Source: Chiloscyllium plagiosum (Eukaryota). From it: a stretch of 64,000 bases of DNA. Location of the stretch: positions 48,481,859-48,545,858 of the forward strand of contig NC_057718.1 in NCBI RefSeq assembly GCF_004010195.1, written 5' to 3'. The position numbers were made by a program, and so were the translations under genes. Below the pieces are notes generated by a model that ran no database searches, was not told where the DNA came from, and worked only from the letters and a program-made list of their open reading frames with translations. Of this stretch, positions 1-12,945 are shown one piece after another; positions within the stretch are counted from its first letter, which is position 1, and each line of letters starts with the position of its first letter.

Positions 1-215
1 CCACTCACCTATTGTACTCTATGCTACTTTCTCCCCACCCCCACCCTCCTCTCACTTATTTCTCCACCCTTCAGGCTCTCTGCCTGTATTCCTGATGAAG
101 GGCTTTTGCCCGAAACATCGATTTTACTGCTACTCGGATGCTGCCTGAACTGCTGTGCTCTTCCAGCACCACGAATCCAGAATCTGGTTACCAGCATCTG
201 CAGTCATTGTTTTGA
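1..215 (+). mobile_element. Penelope-like element 3' terminal repeat with hammerhead-like motif
   Basis: C-rich tract followed by CTGATGA-AGGGCTTTTGCCC-GAAACATC and the GATGCTGCCTGA..CCAGCATCTGCAG tail. The same tail terminates GIY-YIG-bearing copies elsewhere in the window. Confidence 0.8.
88..123 (+). ncRNA. Minimal type I hammerhead ribozyme-like motif
   Basis: CUGAUGA (92-98), extra A, stem II GGGC/GCCC, GAAA (112-115), then C-AUC and GAUU. Confidence 0.6.
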
Positions 216-679
216 CCACAATATTTATATGACTAATCTGGTTCAGGTTCTGGTCAATGGTAACCATCTCATTGATAGTATGGTATTTAGTGATGTTATT
301 AACCACTTTGTGTCAAGGGGGAATGTTCAAGTTCTTTTTTGTTGGCGATGTTTATTGCCTGGTAATTGTATGGTATGGATATTATTTGCCAGTTATCAGC
401 CCAAACCTGAATGTAATCCAGGTCATGCTACATACGGACATGGACTGCGTCAGTATCTGAGACACTGTGAATGGAGCTGAGTATTGCTAAAATCAATACC
501 TTTGACCTTTTGATGGAGGTTATTGATGAGCTAAATCTCCTTGCTGCCACACTCAGACAAATTTTGACTTGATGTCAATGTTAGTCACTCATGTCTCACT
601 TCTTTACTCCAGTTCTTTTATCAATGTTTGGAACAAAGTTGTCATAAAGTCAGGAGCTGCATAGCCCCAGCGGATCATC

Positions 680-1790
680 TCCTGAGACAGTGCTTTGACT
701 ACGGCAGCCAGCAACACCTAGTATAGCTCAGGAGCCCCAATCGACCAGAGCAAGACAGTGGGCTGTGAAGATACCTGGTTCTGTTTTCATTGGGCCTCCT
801 TTTGGCCAGCTGAGCTGTCTTATTTCTGGTTGCCTCTTCCTATTCCCTCTCAAACAGTCAGTTTTCAGAGGTCACAGCTGTTCAAAAATGTCTCCATAGT
901 ATCAGGACTTTCCACCTTCATATTTGGGTTCATTGGCAGCTTCACCATACAGAAATCTTTGCGTATCTGGCCATCATCCAGCTGATGAACATGAAGGGCT
1001 TATCAATGAGGTTAAGCAAATGCAATTAGCTTGCTCCAGGTCTTCAGACTTTGTCCTGCCAAGGGATGCTGAGGATATGTCTGAGACAGTGAAGATGGAA
1101 ACTGTTCAATCTTTTCTTCTGCTGAGCATAAATCATCCAGATCTCAGGGGATGCATTGATGATACAGGCTTGGCAGCCTCAGAGCTTGATGCTGTCAGTC
1201 AGGTTACTGTTCCATACGTTCTTACACAGCTTGGACATGCCAATTGTGACTGATGTGTGTGTTGATTTCATCATCAAATGACAAGTTATTATGGAGTGTA
1301 TATATTTGAAATTATTAACAACCTCTATCATTGCATTGTTAATGCTGATAGATGGCAGTATTTCAAAATTCTAGACTATGAGATTTCTCTTCTTGATGCT
1401 GATAGTCAAACCAGACTCCTTGCAGGTTCACTTTTTAGTCCTCAGAGGTTCTATCCATTTGGACTGCACTGTTTTTCAGTTTGGAATGTTAATGCAGCAT
1501 CATCAGTGTAAAGCAGTTCTCTGAGACTTGGCACACATTTGTCACAGATCTCAGATGAATAACACTGGACAATTTTCTGTCAGTTTTAGTGTATAAGTTA
1601 GACACCTGCTTAAATGACCTGAAAACACATGACAGCACGAAAGAGAAGAACATGCCAGAATGTGTTGGTGCCAGAACACAGTCAACTTTGAGCAGTTATA
1701 TATTGCACTAAGAAAAAGGATTCTCCATGTGCTCTCACTGCAAGCAGCAATTATTGAACTAGCTTTATTCACACTTCCTCAACATTAACA
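680..1790 (-). mobile_element. Decayed RTE-clade LINE
   Basis: Minus-strand translation near 1047-1145 gives EIWMIYAQQKKRLNSFHLHCLRHILSIPWQDKV, typical of the RTE ORF C-terminal region. Confidence 0.75.
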
Positions 1791-1815
1791 GGATGGAACC
1801 AGAGAGGGCAACTTT

Positions 1816-1816
1816 A

Positions 1817-1847
<31 letters not shown>
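1816..1847. repeat. (CT)n(AT)n compound microsatellite
   Basis: Visible directly in the sequence. Confidence 0.9.
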
Positions 1848-1848
<1 letters not shown>

Positions 1849-1996
1849 TATTTTCCATGCCACAGAAAATAAACATCCTGTATATTAAAATATAAAATTG
1901 TGCAAGCACCCAATTTTCCAGAATAAATGTGATTAAACTAACATTAAAAATGCTTGAAATTTAACAGATGAAATTAGCTAATTGAGATGTATGAAG

Positions 1997-3093
1997 TTAA
2001 AAATCACACAACGCCAGGTTATAGTCCAACAGGTTTAATTGGAAGCACACTAGTTTTCGGAGCGATGCTCCTTCATCAGGTGGTAGTGGAAGGCTCAATC
2101 CTAACACACAGAATTTATGGCAAAAATTTACAGTGTGATGTAACTGAAATTATACATTGAAAAATTGATTGTCAGTTAAGCCTTTCATCTGTTAGAATAC
2201 AGTGATAGTTTCACTTCTTTCACGTGTAAATCACAAAACCTTTTTTTAAAAAAGTTGCATTCTTGGGTTAGCTGTTAACAATGGTGATAGCTAGACAATA
2301 TGTTGAAGGTGTTGGCCCCCTGTGTTCTCTGTCTATGCCATGATGTTTAGATTGATTCTAATCTAAAAAGTGAGATAACAGAGTTTTACATGAATTCATG
2401 CAGTTTTTGAGCTCAGAAGTCTACATGAAGGCATGCAGTTTTTGAGCAAAATACAATGTAACCCTGAAAGTACAAAATCACCCCACAAAATAAATGTGTG
2501 CATGTGGGTCTTTGTGTGTGTGTGTGTCTGTCTGGGTTGGGGGTTGTGAGTGTGAGAAAGTGTATGTGTGTGTGTAGTGAGTGCAGAGTGTCTTAAGTCT
2601 GTGAGGGGGTGCATGTGTGAGTGTGGGAGTGTCTGCGTCTGTAAGAGTGTGTGTGAGTGTCTGTGTGCGCATCTGTGTGTATGTGCGTCCGTGTGTATGT
2701 GTGTATAGGAGTACCTGTGTGTGTGTGAAAGTGTGTGTGTGTAGGAGTATTTGTGTGTGTGTATAGTGCAATGGTGGTCACCTGTAATGTGACATGAACC
2801 CAAGGTCCCGGTTGAGGCCCTGCCTATGGGACCCTATGGTATCTATCACGGTATTCTAACAGATGAAAGGCTTAACAGACAATCAATTTTTCAATGTATA
2901 ATTTCAGTTCCATCACACTGTAAATTTTTGCTATAAATTCTGTGTGTTAGGATTGAGCCCTCCACTACCACCTGATGAAGGAGCGTCGCTCCAAAAGCTA
3001 CTATGCTTCCAATTAAACCTGTTGGACTGTAACCCGGTGTTGTGTGATTTTTAACTTTGTACACCCCAGTCCAACACCAGCATCTCCAAATCA
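1997..3093. mobile_element. Fold-back PLE-derived insertion (second family) with ~200 bp inverted arms and internal GT-rich tract
   Basis: ~1997-2205 is the reverse complement of ~2850-3057. Each arm has a hammerhead-like core. Flanked by TGAG(A/G)TGTATGAAG at 1983-1996 and 3094-3107. Confidence 0.8.
2495..2765. repeat. Degenerate (GT)n-rich tract inside the PLE-derived element
   Basis: Visible directly; it produces the spurious His/Thr-rich ORFs. Confidence 0.9.
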
Positions 3094-3094
3094 T

Positions 3095-3425
3095 GAGGTG
3101 TATGAAGCTGTGAGGGACATTGGCAGGGCAGATAAAGTGAAATGCTTTGCCTTAGTAAAGGGGTCAATAATCAACAGGAACAGTTTTAAGGTAAGGAAAA
3201 GAAGGTTTGGAGTGCAAGTCATTCTGAACTCATTGCCTGAGTGGGGGATAGAGGCAGGAATCTTCGAGACATTTAAGAACTATTTGGATGAGGACTTGAA
3301 ATGCCATTATATCCAAGGCTACGGGCCAAATTCTGGAAAAATAAATTAGAACAGATGGATATTTGATAACTAGGGTAGTCATGATGGGTCAAAAGACCTC
3401 TTTTTGTGCTGTAAAACTCAATGAC
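3095..3425 (+). mobile_element. Old CR1 LINE 3' fragment
   Basis: Degenerate EVYEAVRDIGRADKVKCF...NSLPE..EAG..ETFKNYLD, followed by a CR1-type tail. Confidence 0.7.
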
Positions 3426-3458
3426 TTTAGTGGGTTGCTTATTTGTTCTTTATAATTT

Positions 3459-4395
3459 GGGGTGGCACAGTGGCTCAGTGGTCAGCACTGCTGCCTCTTA
3501 GCACCAGGAACCTGGGTTCAATTCCAGCCTAGGGTAACTGGCTGTGTGGAGTTTGTAACATTTTTCCTGTGGCTGGGTGCTCTGGCTTCCTCCCATAGTC
3601 CAAGGATGTGTAAGTTAGGTGAATTAGCCATGCTAAATTGCCCGTAGTGTTCAGGGATGTGTAGGATAGGTGCATTAGTCAGGGGAAATGTGGGGGAATA
3701 GGTCTGTCACAAAGCTATCCCTTTTCTCAAGGATACTGTGTCCTTGATTTTTTTTCTGAGGGGTCATAAAGCACTTCAGGCTCCGAAATGGCTGGGTTTG
3801 GTACAGAAATAAAAGGGTATTGGACACCTTTTTGTTTATACATTAACAGATGTGACTCTAGGCCAAAATGTTTATGTCTTCAGCAGTAACCTGAATAAGT
3901 CAAGGGAAGTAGCCGGCTCTCTAGCTGAGCAATTCAGTGCAGGACTTTAGTGAGGAGTTCAGCTGGCGAGCTGTGTGGAAACAGGCTGCTAGACTCTCTT
4001 TCCTTCTGCCCATTTAACTTTGACCTATAAGCCTTTCTTTCATTTTTGTTCTGCGTTTAAGGGGTTTGTTTATTGGGACTGTATATTCGGAACAGCATAA
4101 TTATGTCTAGTTTGGTTAGACTGAGTTCTGGAGGTATTCTTCATTCTGTTCTTTGTGTTTCATTACATAATTTTGTGAATAAAGTTTTGTCTGTTTTAAA
4201 CCCTGGTAGTCAACCTACCTATCTTACTCCGGGTAATTTTCAGTGTACACTTACCGAAACAAATTGCAAAGTTATGGTCTGGGCTGCCTGCTTAAGAATG
4301 TTTTGAGTGGTTTGGCCTAGTCCCTAATAGATCTGGGTGGGATACTCAAATGGCCTGTTTCCACACTGTAGGGATTCTATGATTCCATTCTATGA
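3459..4395 (+). mobile_element. tRNA-derived SINE (HE1-like) split by an LTR insertion
   Basis: Head GGTGGCACAGTGGCTCAGTGG..GGTTCAATTCC (A and B boxes). Body resumes at 4330 and ends CCACACTGTAGGGATTCTATGA. Confidence 0.8.
3705..4329 (+). mobile_element. Solo LTR (~625 bp)
   Basis: Starts TGTCAC and ends TAATA (likely decayed TAACA). AATAAA near 4178. Flanked by GGTC/GATC (4 bp TSD, 1 mismatch) and interrupts a SINE cleanly. Confidence 0.6.
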
Positions 4396-5319
4396 AATTA
4401 CAACCAAAACATATATGACCAATATTACCAGAGTACTTTACATTGTTATGATCCAAACCAAACTGTCTATTTTATGTAATGATCTATGCACGATCACAAA
4501 ATTATATCATGATCTGGTTAGGGACTGCCTAGTTTATGTAATGAACCCAGACACAGTCACAAATTTATATTATTATCTGGTTGGGGATCAATAGTCTTCA
4601 TCTTGAAAAAAGACAAAAGGTGAATTCCAGGGGGATTTAATATGAGAAAAAGCCACAAGACCCCATAGTTTTCAGCAAACAAAAATACTTTACCATGCAA
4701 TCTGGACAACAATACAAACTAGAATACATTTACAATTTATTTCTAATATCCAAAATTAATACATGATCCACGGATGATATACCGTGATCAAATACCCCAC
4801 AGCACACATGCAAAGGCAAATGCAATCAGGACAGATCTCAGTAATTTCCTTTCGATGGCAATGAACTACACAGAGGATGACAATTCTTCTTACATCAGGG
4901 AAGAAGGTGTGGAGAAGAATGGAAAATTTACTTCATTGTCTCAACTTGAGTAATTTTGCTTTGACTTTGTTAAAGTAAATGAAGTGAATGCTCCTGTCTT
5001 CTCTATACCTTCTTGCCGTGATGTAAGATAGCTTTACATCTAATCCCTGTGGTGAGGCAACTCAAGCCAAAACTAATTCTTTTCTTGCGATCCTAAAAGG
5101 CCAAAACAGCGTTACTTGCCAGGACTTTTCTCACTTCTTCAAATCCTTTCTGACACTCTGCAGACCACTCCCAAACTATTCCACCTTTAAGAATTGATAG
5201 AAAGGAATGAATATATTAGCTAAATCGGGAATGAACTTAAAATAATATACACAATTCCTATGAATTTTTTTAAGTTCTTTGTTTTCTCATATTTTCCCTC
5301 AAGCAAAGGGCATAAAGTC

Positions 5320-5475
5320 CCCACAACCTTTTCCATCCTTACTCGGTCTGGCCTATACTCCAGACAGAGTAATGTGGTTGATGCTTGATTGCCCTGTAAT
5401 GTGGCCGACAAGCCACTCATTTCAAAGGTGATTAAGGATGGCCAGTAAGTGCTGACCTTGCTGTGATGCTCACAA
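5320..5475 (+). mobile_element. SINE/LINE 3' tail fragment
   Basis: GGTCTGGCCTA..AATGTGGTTGA..GGATGGCCAGTAAGTGCTG resembles the LINE tail at ~39150-39255. Confidence 0.55.
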
Positions 5476-6113
5476 TACACAAAAGAAGAAAGTTGATTTT
5501 GTGCATTAATGTGACCTGGAAACATTGCTATGTTCTCTATACTTAATTGTTATCTGAATATGATGTTTTCAGAGGCTTCGCACTTTAACGGGAAATGGGG
5601 TTATTTTGATAGTTGACAGCAGTGTGAACTTTTTTTTTGTTGGGGGCTCTTCTTCAGACTTCCTTGGGGGTTACGTTTTGATTTTCAAAGGCTACATTTT
5701 GGTTTTAAGGGCAACTTTTTCACTGCCACTTATGGTGAAGATTGCTTCTGTATTTCTGTTGGTATATAAAGGGTTTTGATTCATATGGAAGCAGAACTAG
5801 AAATTTTATCAATATCCTTAATAGTTATCAACAGTCCACTAATCTGAAAGCAATCAGACAGAAGGAAAACATTCATTTCTTAGGCATAACAGTATTTAAA
5901 TTAGCACAAGTGTACAGGCATAAATTAGCAATAAAAACAATTGCTACAAGTGACTGCACAAAAAGCCTTCATCTGAAATACACATTCAACAGACTGGTAA
6001 CATCATGGCGAATGCATTTCCTTTGAATATGCATAAAGCTGAAAGTTTTAACCAAACAGTTACTGCTCTTTTTACTGTATCTCAAATTTCAATCTCAGAT
6101 TTAAATTTAACAG

Positions 6114-6990
6114 TTATAGAGTCATAGAGACGTACAGCACGGAAACAAACCTTTCGGTCCAACTCGTCCATGCCGACCAGATATCCCAACCCAATCTATT
6201 CCTACCTGCCAGCACCCAGCCCATATCCCTCCAAACCCTTCCTATTCGTACACCCACCCAGATGCCTTTTAAATGTTGCAATTGTACTAGCCTCCACCAC
6301 TTCCTCTGGCAGCTCATTCCATACACATACCACCCTCTGCGTGAAAAAGTTGCCCCTTAGGTCCCTTTTATAACTTTCCCCTCTCACTCTAAACCTATGC
6401 CCTCTAGTTCTGGACTCCCCCACCCCAGGGGAGATACTTTGTCTATTTATACTATCCATGCCCCTCAAGATTTTATAAACCTCTATAAGGTCATCCCTCA
6501 GTCTCCGACGCTCCAGGGAAAACAGCCCCAGCCTGTTCAACCTCTCCCAATAGCTCAAATCCTTCAACCCTGGCAACCCCTTGTAAGTCTTTTCTGAATC
6601 TTTTCAAGTTTCACAACATCCCTCCGATAGGAAGGAGACCAGAATTGCACGCAATATTCCAAAAGTGGCCTAATCAATGTCCTGTACAGCTGCAATATGA
6701 CCTCCCAATTCCTGTACTCAATACTCTGACCAATAAAGGAAAGCATCCCAAACGCCTTCTTCACTATCCTATCTACGTGTGACTCTACCTTCAAGGAGCT
6801 ATGAACCTGCACTCCAAAGTCTCTTTGTTCAGCAACATTTCCTAGGACCTTACAATGAAGTGTCTATGTCCTGCTATGATTTGCTTTCCCAAAATGTAGC
6901 ACCTCGCATTTATCTAAATTAAACTCCATCTGCCACTTCTCAGCCCATTGGCCCATCTGTTCAGGATCCCATTGTAATCTGAGGTAACAT
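6114..6990 (-). mobile_element. CR1 LINE, 5'-truncated
   Basis: ORF2 C-terminal peptides (RPLLEYCVQFWSPSYR; RLGLFSLERRRLRDDLIEVYKI; WNELPEEVVEA) plus a CTATGACT-type tail. Confidence 0.95.
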
Positions 6991-7518
6991 TCTGCCAACC
7001 CTCTCACATTATGAAAGCTACCGAAATCAATCAATGTGAGCATCTAGAGTTCAGAGAGTTAGAACAAGAGGATGTGCCACAAGGCTGAGAAAGGAGCTGG
7101 AGAGGGAAAAGTACAGGTTCTACCTTTTGCAGACAGTGTACAGACCGAGGATGCCTTACCTTAATTTGACTAAACATTGTTGCCAGAGGAGACTCCAGTT
7201 GAGCCAGAAGGCTGTGGGACAGGGATCTGTCACCTGTTTCAGCGTTTAGGAGCCACAATCTCCTGATCCACATCACCTGCCAGTAGCTATGATGGTGATG
7301 GTTGCAATGAATTTCTGAACCGTAGGTACTTTCTAAGATGACCTGGCTGGTATTTCCCAGTCAGCAGCACATAGCTGCATCATGGATTTAACAAATATTC
7401 TGTTCACTCATATGGAAGAGCACATTCATTTCCCTTTGGGTGTGGTATCTCAAGCACAGAGAGCTATATCCCAAAATTCTGACATCCCACAGCACACAGT
7501 GTTATAGATTGTACCCAT

Positions 7519-7736
7519 TGTGGTGATTATAATGTGGTCAGCCAGTTGGACCTCATTGAATGAATTCCCTGATTGGAGCTGTTAATCTGGTCCAAATAGT
7601 GAGCCCTGGCTGACAGATATAAACAGGAGTGTCGGATAGACTGACACTCTGGTACCTGACTCTGAATGAGTTAATGTTCATGATTAAATAAAGGGTGATG
7701 TGGTGATGGATTACCAGCCTCTGTGGAGTTATTTCA
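7519..7736 (+). mobile_element. Short solo LTR
   Basis: TG...CA termini, TATA-like GATATAAA (~7617) and AATAAA (~7687), CCCAT/CCCCT flanks. A related copy lies in reverse at ~32920-33300. Confidence 0.6.
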
Positions 7737-8429
7737 CCCCTGCTGCATTAAAGGTCTCATCGCAGAATACAGACAGCTTTTGAACAGAGAAATCGTTTCA
7801 CTCAACCAGAATAATGTGTTTCTTCATGTATATACAAGGCTCCCATGACTTGCTTATTCTAAGACATGCCTCAAGAACCATACATATTTCAATCGCCAGA
7901 CAGCATCTGTAGAGAGAGAAAAACAGCATTAATGTTTCGAGTCTGATGGCGACACTTGTTCAGAACTTTAATTCACTCCCCTACAGGAGCCCCTGAACAT
8001 ATGCAGACTGAACCAAGAGATTCCATTTTCATTTGCAAGGAATTATTTTCCTTAAATAATTCAAGTTTAGTTAGCAGAGTATACTTTGTTGATAGATTTA
8101 CAAAAGTTGTCTCCGTTTTTCGGCTTCCCATCATCCCCTCACATCTTCCAGCCTGCCTTCCTCAGCATAGTTTGCAGCCTCCCTCTCCCCCCCAAAAAGT
8201 CTCCCATTCACACCCCTTGCAGCTTCCCCATCTCCCACCTTGCACCGTCTTTCTTCTCCATAACCACTTGCAGCCTCTTTCTCCCCCACATCTCCTAAAA
8301 GGTGGAATTCCTGACAGACAGCATCCCCATCTCCCACTACCCCGATGGTGAAAGTTTGCTTCTCCTCACATCCCTTGCTTACGGACTTTCCTTTCATTCT
8401 CATCCTGCTCCCCCAATCTTAGGTTGTTC

Positions 8430-9500
8430 CCCTCCAGATTTGCTGCTGATCGGCTTAAAATAAGCTGATCAGTAGCATATTCAGAACTCTGTTACTGCAT
8501 TCCCCAAATATCCTTTGATATCTTAACTGCTAAGAACTATATCTATCCCCTTGAAAATATTCAATATGTTGGTCTCGGCTACTTTCTGCTGAGTGGAGGC
8601 TCAGGTTAAGCACTCACTAGGTGAAGAAATTTCCCTTCAACTTCGTTCTAAATGACTTATCCTTTATCCTTAGACTGTGACCCTTAGTTCTGAACTCCCC
8701 AGTCATCGAAAGATCCTTCCTGTGTTTACACTATCTAGCCCTGTTAGAATTTTATAAGTTTGATAATATACCCCCTCGTTCTCCTAAACGTCAGTGAATA
8801 TAATTTTAACTGGTCCTGTCTTGCTTCGTATCGCAGTCCTGGCATCACAGAAATCCTGAAGAAGGATTACATCCAAAATGTCGACTGTCCACCTCCTGAT
8901 GCTGCCTGGCTTTCTGTGTTCTTTCTGCCTCCTGCATGTCTACTTTGGATTCCAGCATCTGTAGTTTCTTTGTCTCCATCCTAGGAATCAACCTGGTAAA
9001 CCTTTGTTGCACTCTCTCCATCGCCAGCTAATCGCTCCTCACCAAGGACCTGTACAATTGCAGCAAGGCATCACTGTTTCTGTACTCAATCCTCACACGA
9101 TAAAGACAAGCATACCACTTGCCGTCTTCACTGCCTGCTGCATCTGCATGCTTAATTTCATCAATGGTCGTACAATGATATCCAGGTCACATTTGATCTC
9201 CCCTCTTCCCAGTCTATCACCATTCAGATAATAATCTGCATCCTAGTTTGTTATCAAAATGGATGACCTCACATCTGCCATATATTTACCCACTTACTCA
9301 ACTTGTCCAAGTCACACTGAAGCATCTCCAAATCCTGCTCACAACTCACTCTCCCAACCATCTTTGTGTCATCTGCAAATCTGAAGATAGTACATTTTGT
9401 TCCCTCATCTAAGTCATTAATATATGGTGTGAATAGCTGGGGTCCAAATGATACCCCATTATTCACTGGCTACCACTCAGAAAATGACCTATTCATTCTA
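8430..9500 (-). mobile_element. Old CR1 LINE, interrupted by a short PLE tail at 8856-8976
   Basis: GPQLFTPYINDLDEG..FADDTK RT motif in ORF 9269-9466. Confidence 0.85.
8856..8976 (+). mobile_element. Short PLE terminal-repeat insertion starting at the hammerhead core
   Basis: CTGAAGA-AGGATTACATCC-AAAA-TGTC..GATGCTGCCTGGC..CCAGCATCTG. Flanks CATCACAGAAATC / CATCCTAGGAATC look like a decayed TSD. Confidence 0.65.
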
Positions 9501-12500
9501 TTGGCTTGTGGTAGAGTTTTTGTAGAAGCTCACTGATAGATATGCACTCTTGAGACAGCATGTTCTAGTATCAGAAAGCAAAGTGCATGTTGATGAATTA
9601 ATCGCCTTTATAGAATTAATTTTAGTATCAGTTGAACTGTTGGACCTGTAAGTATCTCCTTATAAATCGTGTGATAATTCCTTATTATTTAAAAAACGAT
9701 ATCCGACCAACAATTTTCCATCATTTAAAATTGTTTGGCAGAAAACTATCATAAAGCAAGGGTAAAACTGGAAAACTCCAACTTTATTCATTATCTATTA
9801 ATGATTTTTCCTCATCTATAAACAAGGAATGAGAGATTATTTTGAGATGACCCAATCTACTGTTAACTATCTCTGTAAAGCTGTAACTTGTTTCAAAAAG
9901 ACTTCATGAAATTTTAATCAAATTTCATAAATAACTTCCATCAATAAACATTGGGTCCCAAGTTAAAATATTAATGCTCAGGTCTATTCACGTGTTTCAC
10001 TGTGCAGATCTATTCCTCACTGATAATGTTATTTTTTCAGTATTTAAATATTATAAATGTAGTAAAGTTAGAGGTGTGTGTCATGTGTATTTTTGATATT
10101 ACATAGAGGAAGAAAGCACTTCAGTGTACTTAAATATGTATTGTGGGGGTCACAAAATCATGAAAATGTATACTGTATACCTATTTGTTCTTGAACTAAG
10201 ATAGTGAAAGCCAGAATTATTTAAAAATTAAGATATTAGGCATAGAAAGAGGTCACATCAGCTCAATCTCACCAATGTAATTATGTTTTAACATGTCTCT
10301 CAACCATGGGTCCCTCTGTCTGAATGCATTTCCACTTGTCTCGTGAACCCTTCCATATTTTCTTTTGTGGTTCCCATGCTCTTTTGGTAATTTACTCTAT
10401 TCCCATTGATGTAAAATCATTCCACCTGACTCTGCCATTCAGTCCTAACACTTTTATTTTTTAATATTCTGATATTTGAACTCCATTGCAAAGTGAACTG
10501 GCTTGAAAACTCGAAGTCACCTCAAAAGTCTTTCATTTTCATTCAGCCTTTTTTCATAGCACTACATTTGACCTTTAAAGTGCTAGAACTGAATGCTGGA
10601 GAGAAAGAAGGCTGTTTTGACAATTTCTAATAAAAATTTAACGAGATTGTTTTCCTGCACAAAAAGTTATAGGCAGAGTGGGAGTGTTGTTGAACATCCA
10701 AATTTTTGATATGTTCTCCCAATGGTTTTGGGTCCATGTCAGGATTCTGATATTGTAAAATGACCTGTATGTATTGACCAAATTATATAAACATCTGGTT
10801 ACAAAAGGATCACTTGTCCGTTTTGATTCGTGTAACATTCTGATGCCAAGAAAGCTCATTCGACGATGTGTGTAAGAATTTTCCCAGATTGTGCTTAAAA
10901 TAAAAATGTTTACCTACAAGAGTACATTCAGCCGCACAGTGTTACAAATATATTTTAAGAATGTCCTCAAGGAATTATACAGTTGTTCAAATTTTAGAAA
11001 CTGAATCCAAACAACTTAGTGATCCTTTAAACATTCTATTGAATTGATAATTAAAAAGTCTGTGAAACACTCCATGTCTTAACACTGTTACCAGGTTATT
11101 ACCATTAACTTAAGCATAATTACCTGAATTATCTGTTGTAACTCTAGGTAGTGGGAATCTTGGATAATTTTGCAGTGAATCCAGCTGGCAAAAGTATGTG
11201 TGGACATTAGCTACAAATAGAACAGTTTTGGTTGCAATATGTCTCATGGTTAAAATCTCTGCAGACACTCACTGAGCTAGTTCAAAATGGCTGGTGCCAT
11301 GGAATCATATATCGTAATGGAGTGCCTTCATGGAAAATTGGAGAGTGTGAAAATGTCATCTTTATAAAGGTATGAACAGGATTTGGAGCAGTATTTTTCT
11401 CTGTTGTGCTTTGGCATTGTTGATGTGCTCATCTTACAGTTGTACACCTGCTAGGCCTCAGTCACAGTGTGTTAATTGGACCACATTGTTTATGTCAAGG
11501 TAATACCAGATTACTATGTGCCTATTAGAACTTGAGCTTAGAGACTCATGGGACAGTGTGACAGCTGCAGTCCTCCTTTCTGCTCATTTCAAAAGTTCTG
11601 GCTAACATCAATGAGGATATGTTTCAGTAAACAAACCACCAATCGATCACCCTGCAGTCACATGGCTACTGCGTTTCTCATCCACAAGGACTCATTTGTG
11701 AACAACTCCTGTCAGCTCAATGCCATAACACAGGAAAAATGATTATTGGTCTAACAGATTCTGCTGTGGAGATAGCAGGGCTTTAACTGCCAAGACTAAT
11801 GCAGTTATGATTTGTTAATCTTGGGTTCTCTTGTTCTGCTCAACTCGAGCTGAATTTTCCACAGAAACAGTACAAGTGCTGGCTTCAGTCTGTATTGTAA
11901 ATTTGTTCAAAGAATTGTGTGAGATCCTTGTGTACTCAGACATCTTAGTTGGTGGGAGAAGAAAGTTAGCCATTGGGGATAATGTATTTTTTAAATGTTT
12001 TCTTAAAACGAATGCATGTTTTTTTAAGCATGGAAGAGAAGAGCAAGAATGTTCCAATTAAACTGTTCGAGGAGAGAAGTCGACAAAAATTGGAAAAAGA
12101 ATGTTTTACACTATTTAAGTTATGGTAATAGAAATCCTCCAGCTGATTTGAATTGCATGAATTTAGTTTAATTACTATTTAAAGAAAAAAACAGGAGCTG
12201 AGTATTTCTTTTCCAGAGGTCGTTAAAACCCATCATCATTTATAGTAACAGCCTTTTTGTCATATTCCTCAACCCTATGTCTGTCTGGATGCACCTCCAC
12301 TTGTCTCATAAATCCTGCCCAGGTTACTTTGGTACTCTTTAAATGGCCATGCTGTTCATGAAAACGGTCATCTGAAAATACACATCAGGAGAATGTAAAT
12401 TGTGTTGAAATACATTATTCCATTACCTCAGTGACAAAAATGAAACTAAAATAAAGCTGTACTACATCCATAAACATGTAATTTGTCAAACATCTTTACA

Positions 12501-12945
12501 GTTCACTTGGATATGAAGCTGTCTGTTTATTCCAATAGATTTGCCCACAAGTTTTCAATTCCTGTTGAGAGCACTGATGCTTAATAAACAATGTCGAGGT
12601 ACAGTATAACAGTTCTATATTGCATTTAAATTGGCGGATTGCCAACCTTTTCCTCATTACATTGTACTGCATTTCTTTAAAAGGAAATGTTGCAGAAGAA
12701 AGTACTATACTGCCACCAGACGTGATCCTAAGAAGAGGTCACATTGGGTTTGACCATCTGGATAAGTTCATTCACAATCATAGAGGCAGAATGCTATCTG
12801 CAGAGTTTCCGACTAACCTCTTGCACCTTCCTCAAACCAGAGTGAAGTGTTTTTCAGAGTGGCATATTTTGGTCAGTGCATTGAGTAAAGGAGTTGGGAA
12901 GCCATGTTGTGGCTGGTTAGGCTACTTCTGGAATACTCCATTCAA

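Noticed and set aside
2396..2803. His/Thr-rich ORFs
   Set aside because: Translation of a degenerate (CA)n tract.
3459..3535. tRNA gene
   Set aside because: A and B boxes continue into a SINE body; no complete cloverleaf.
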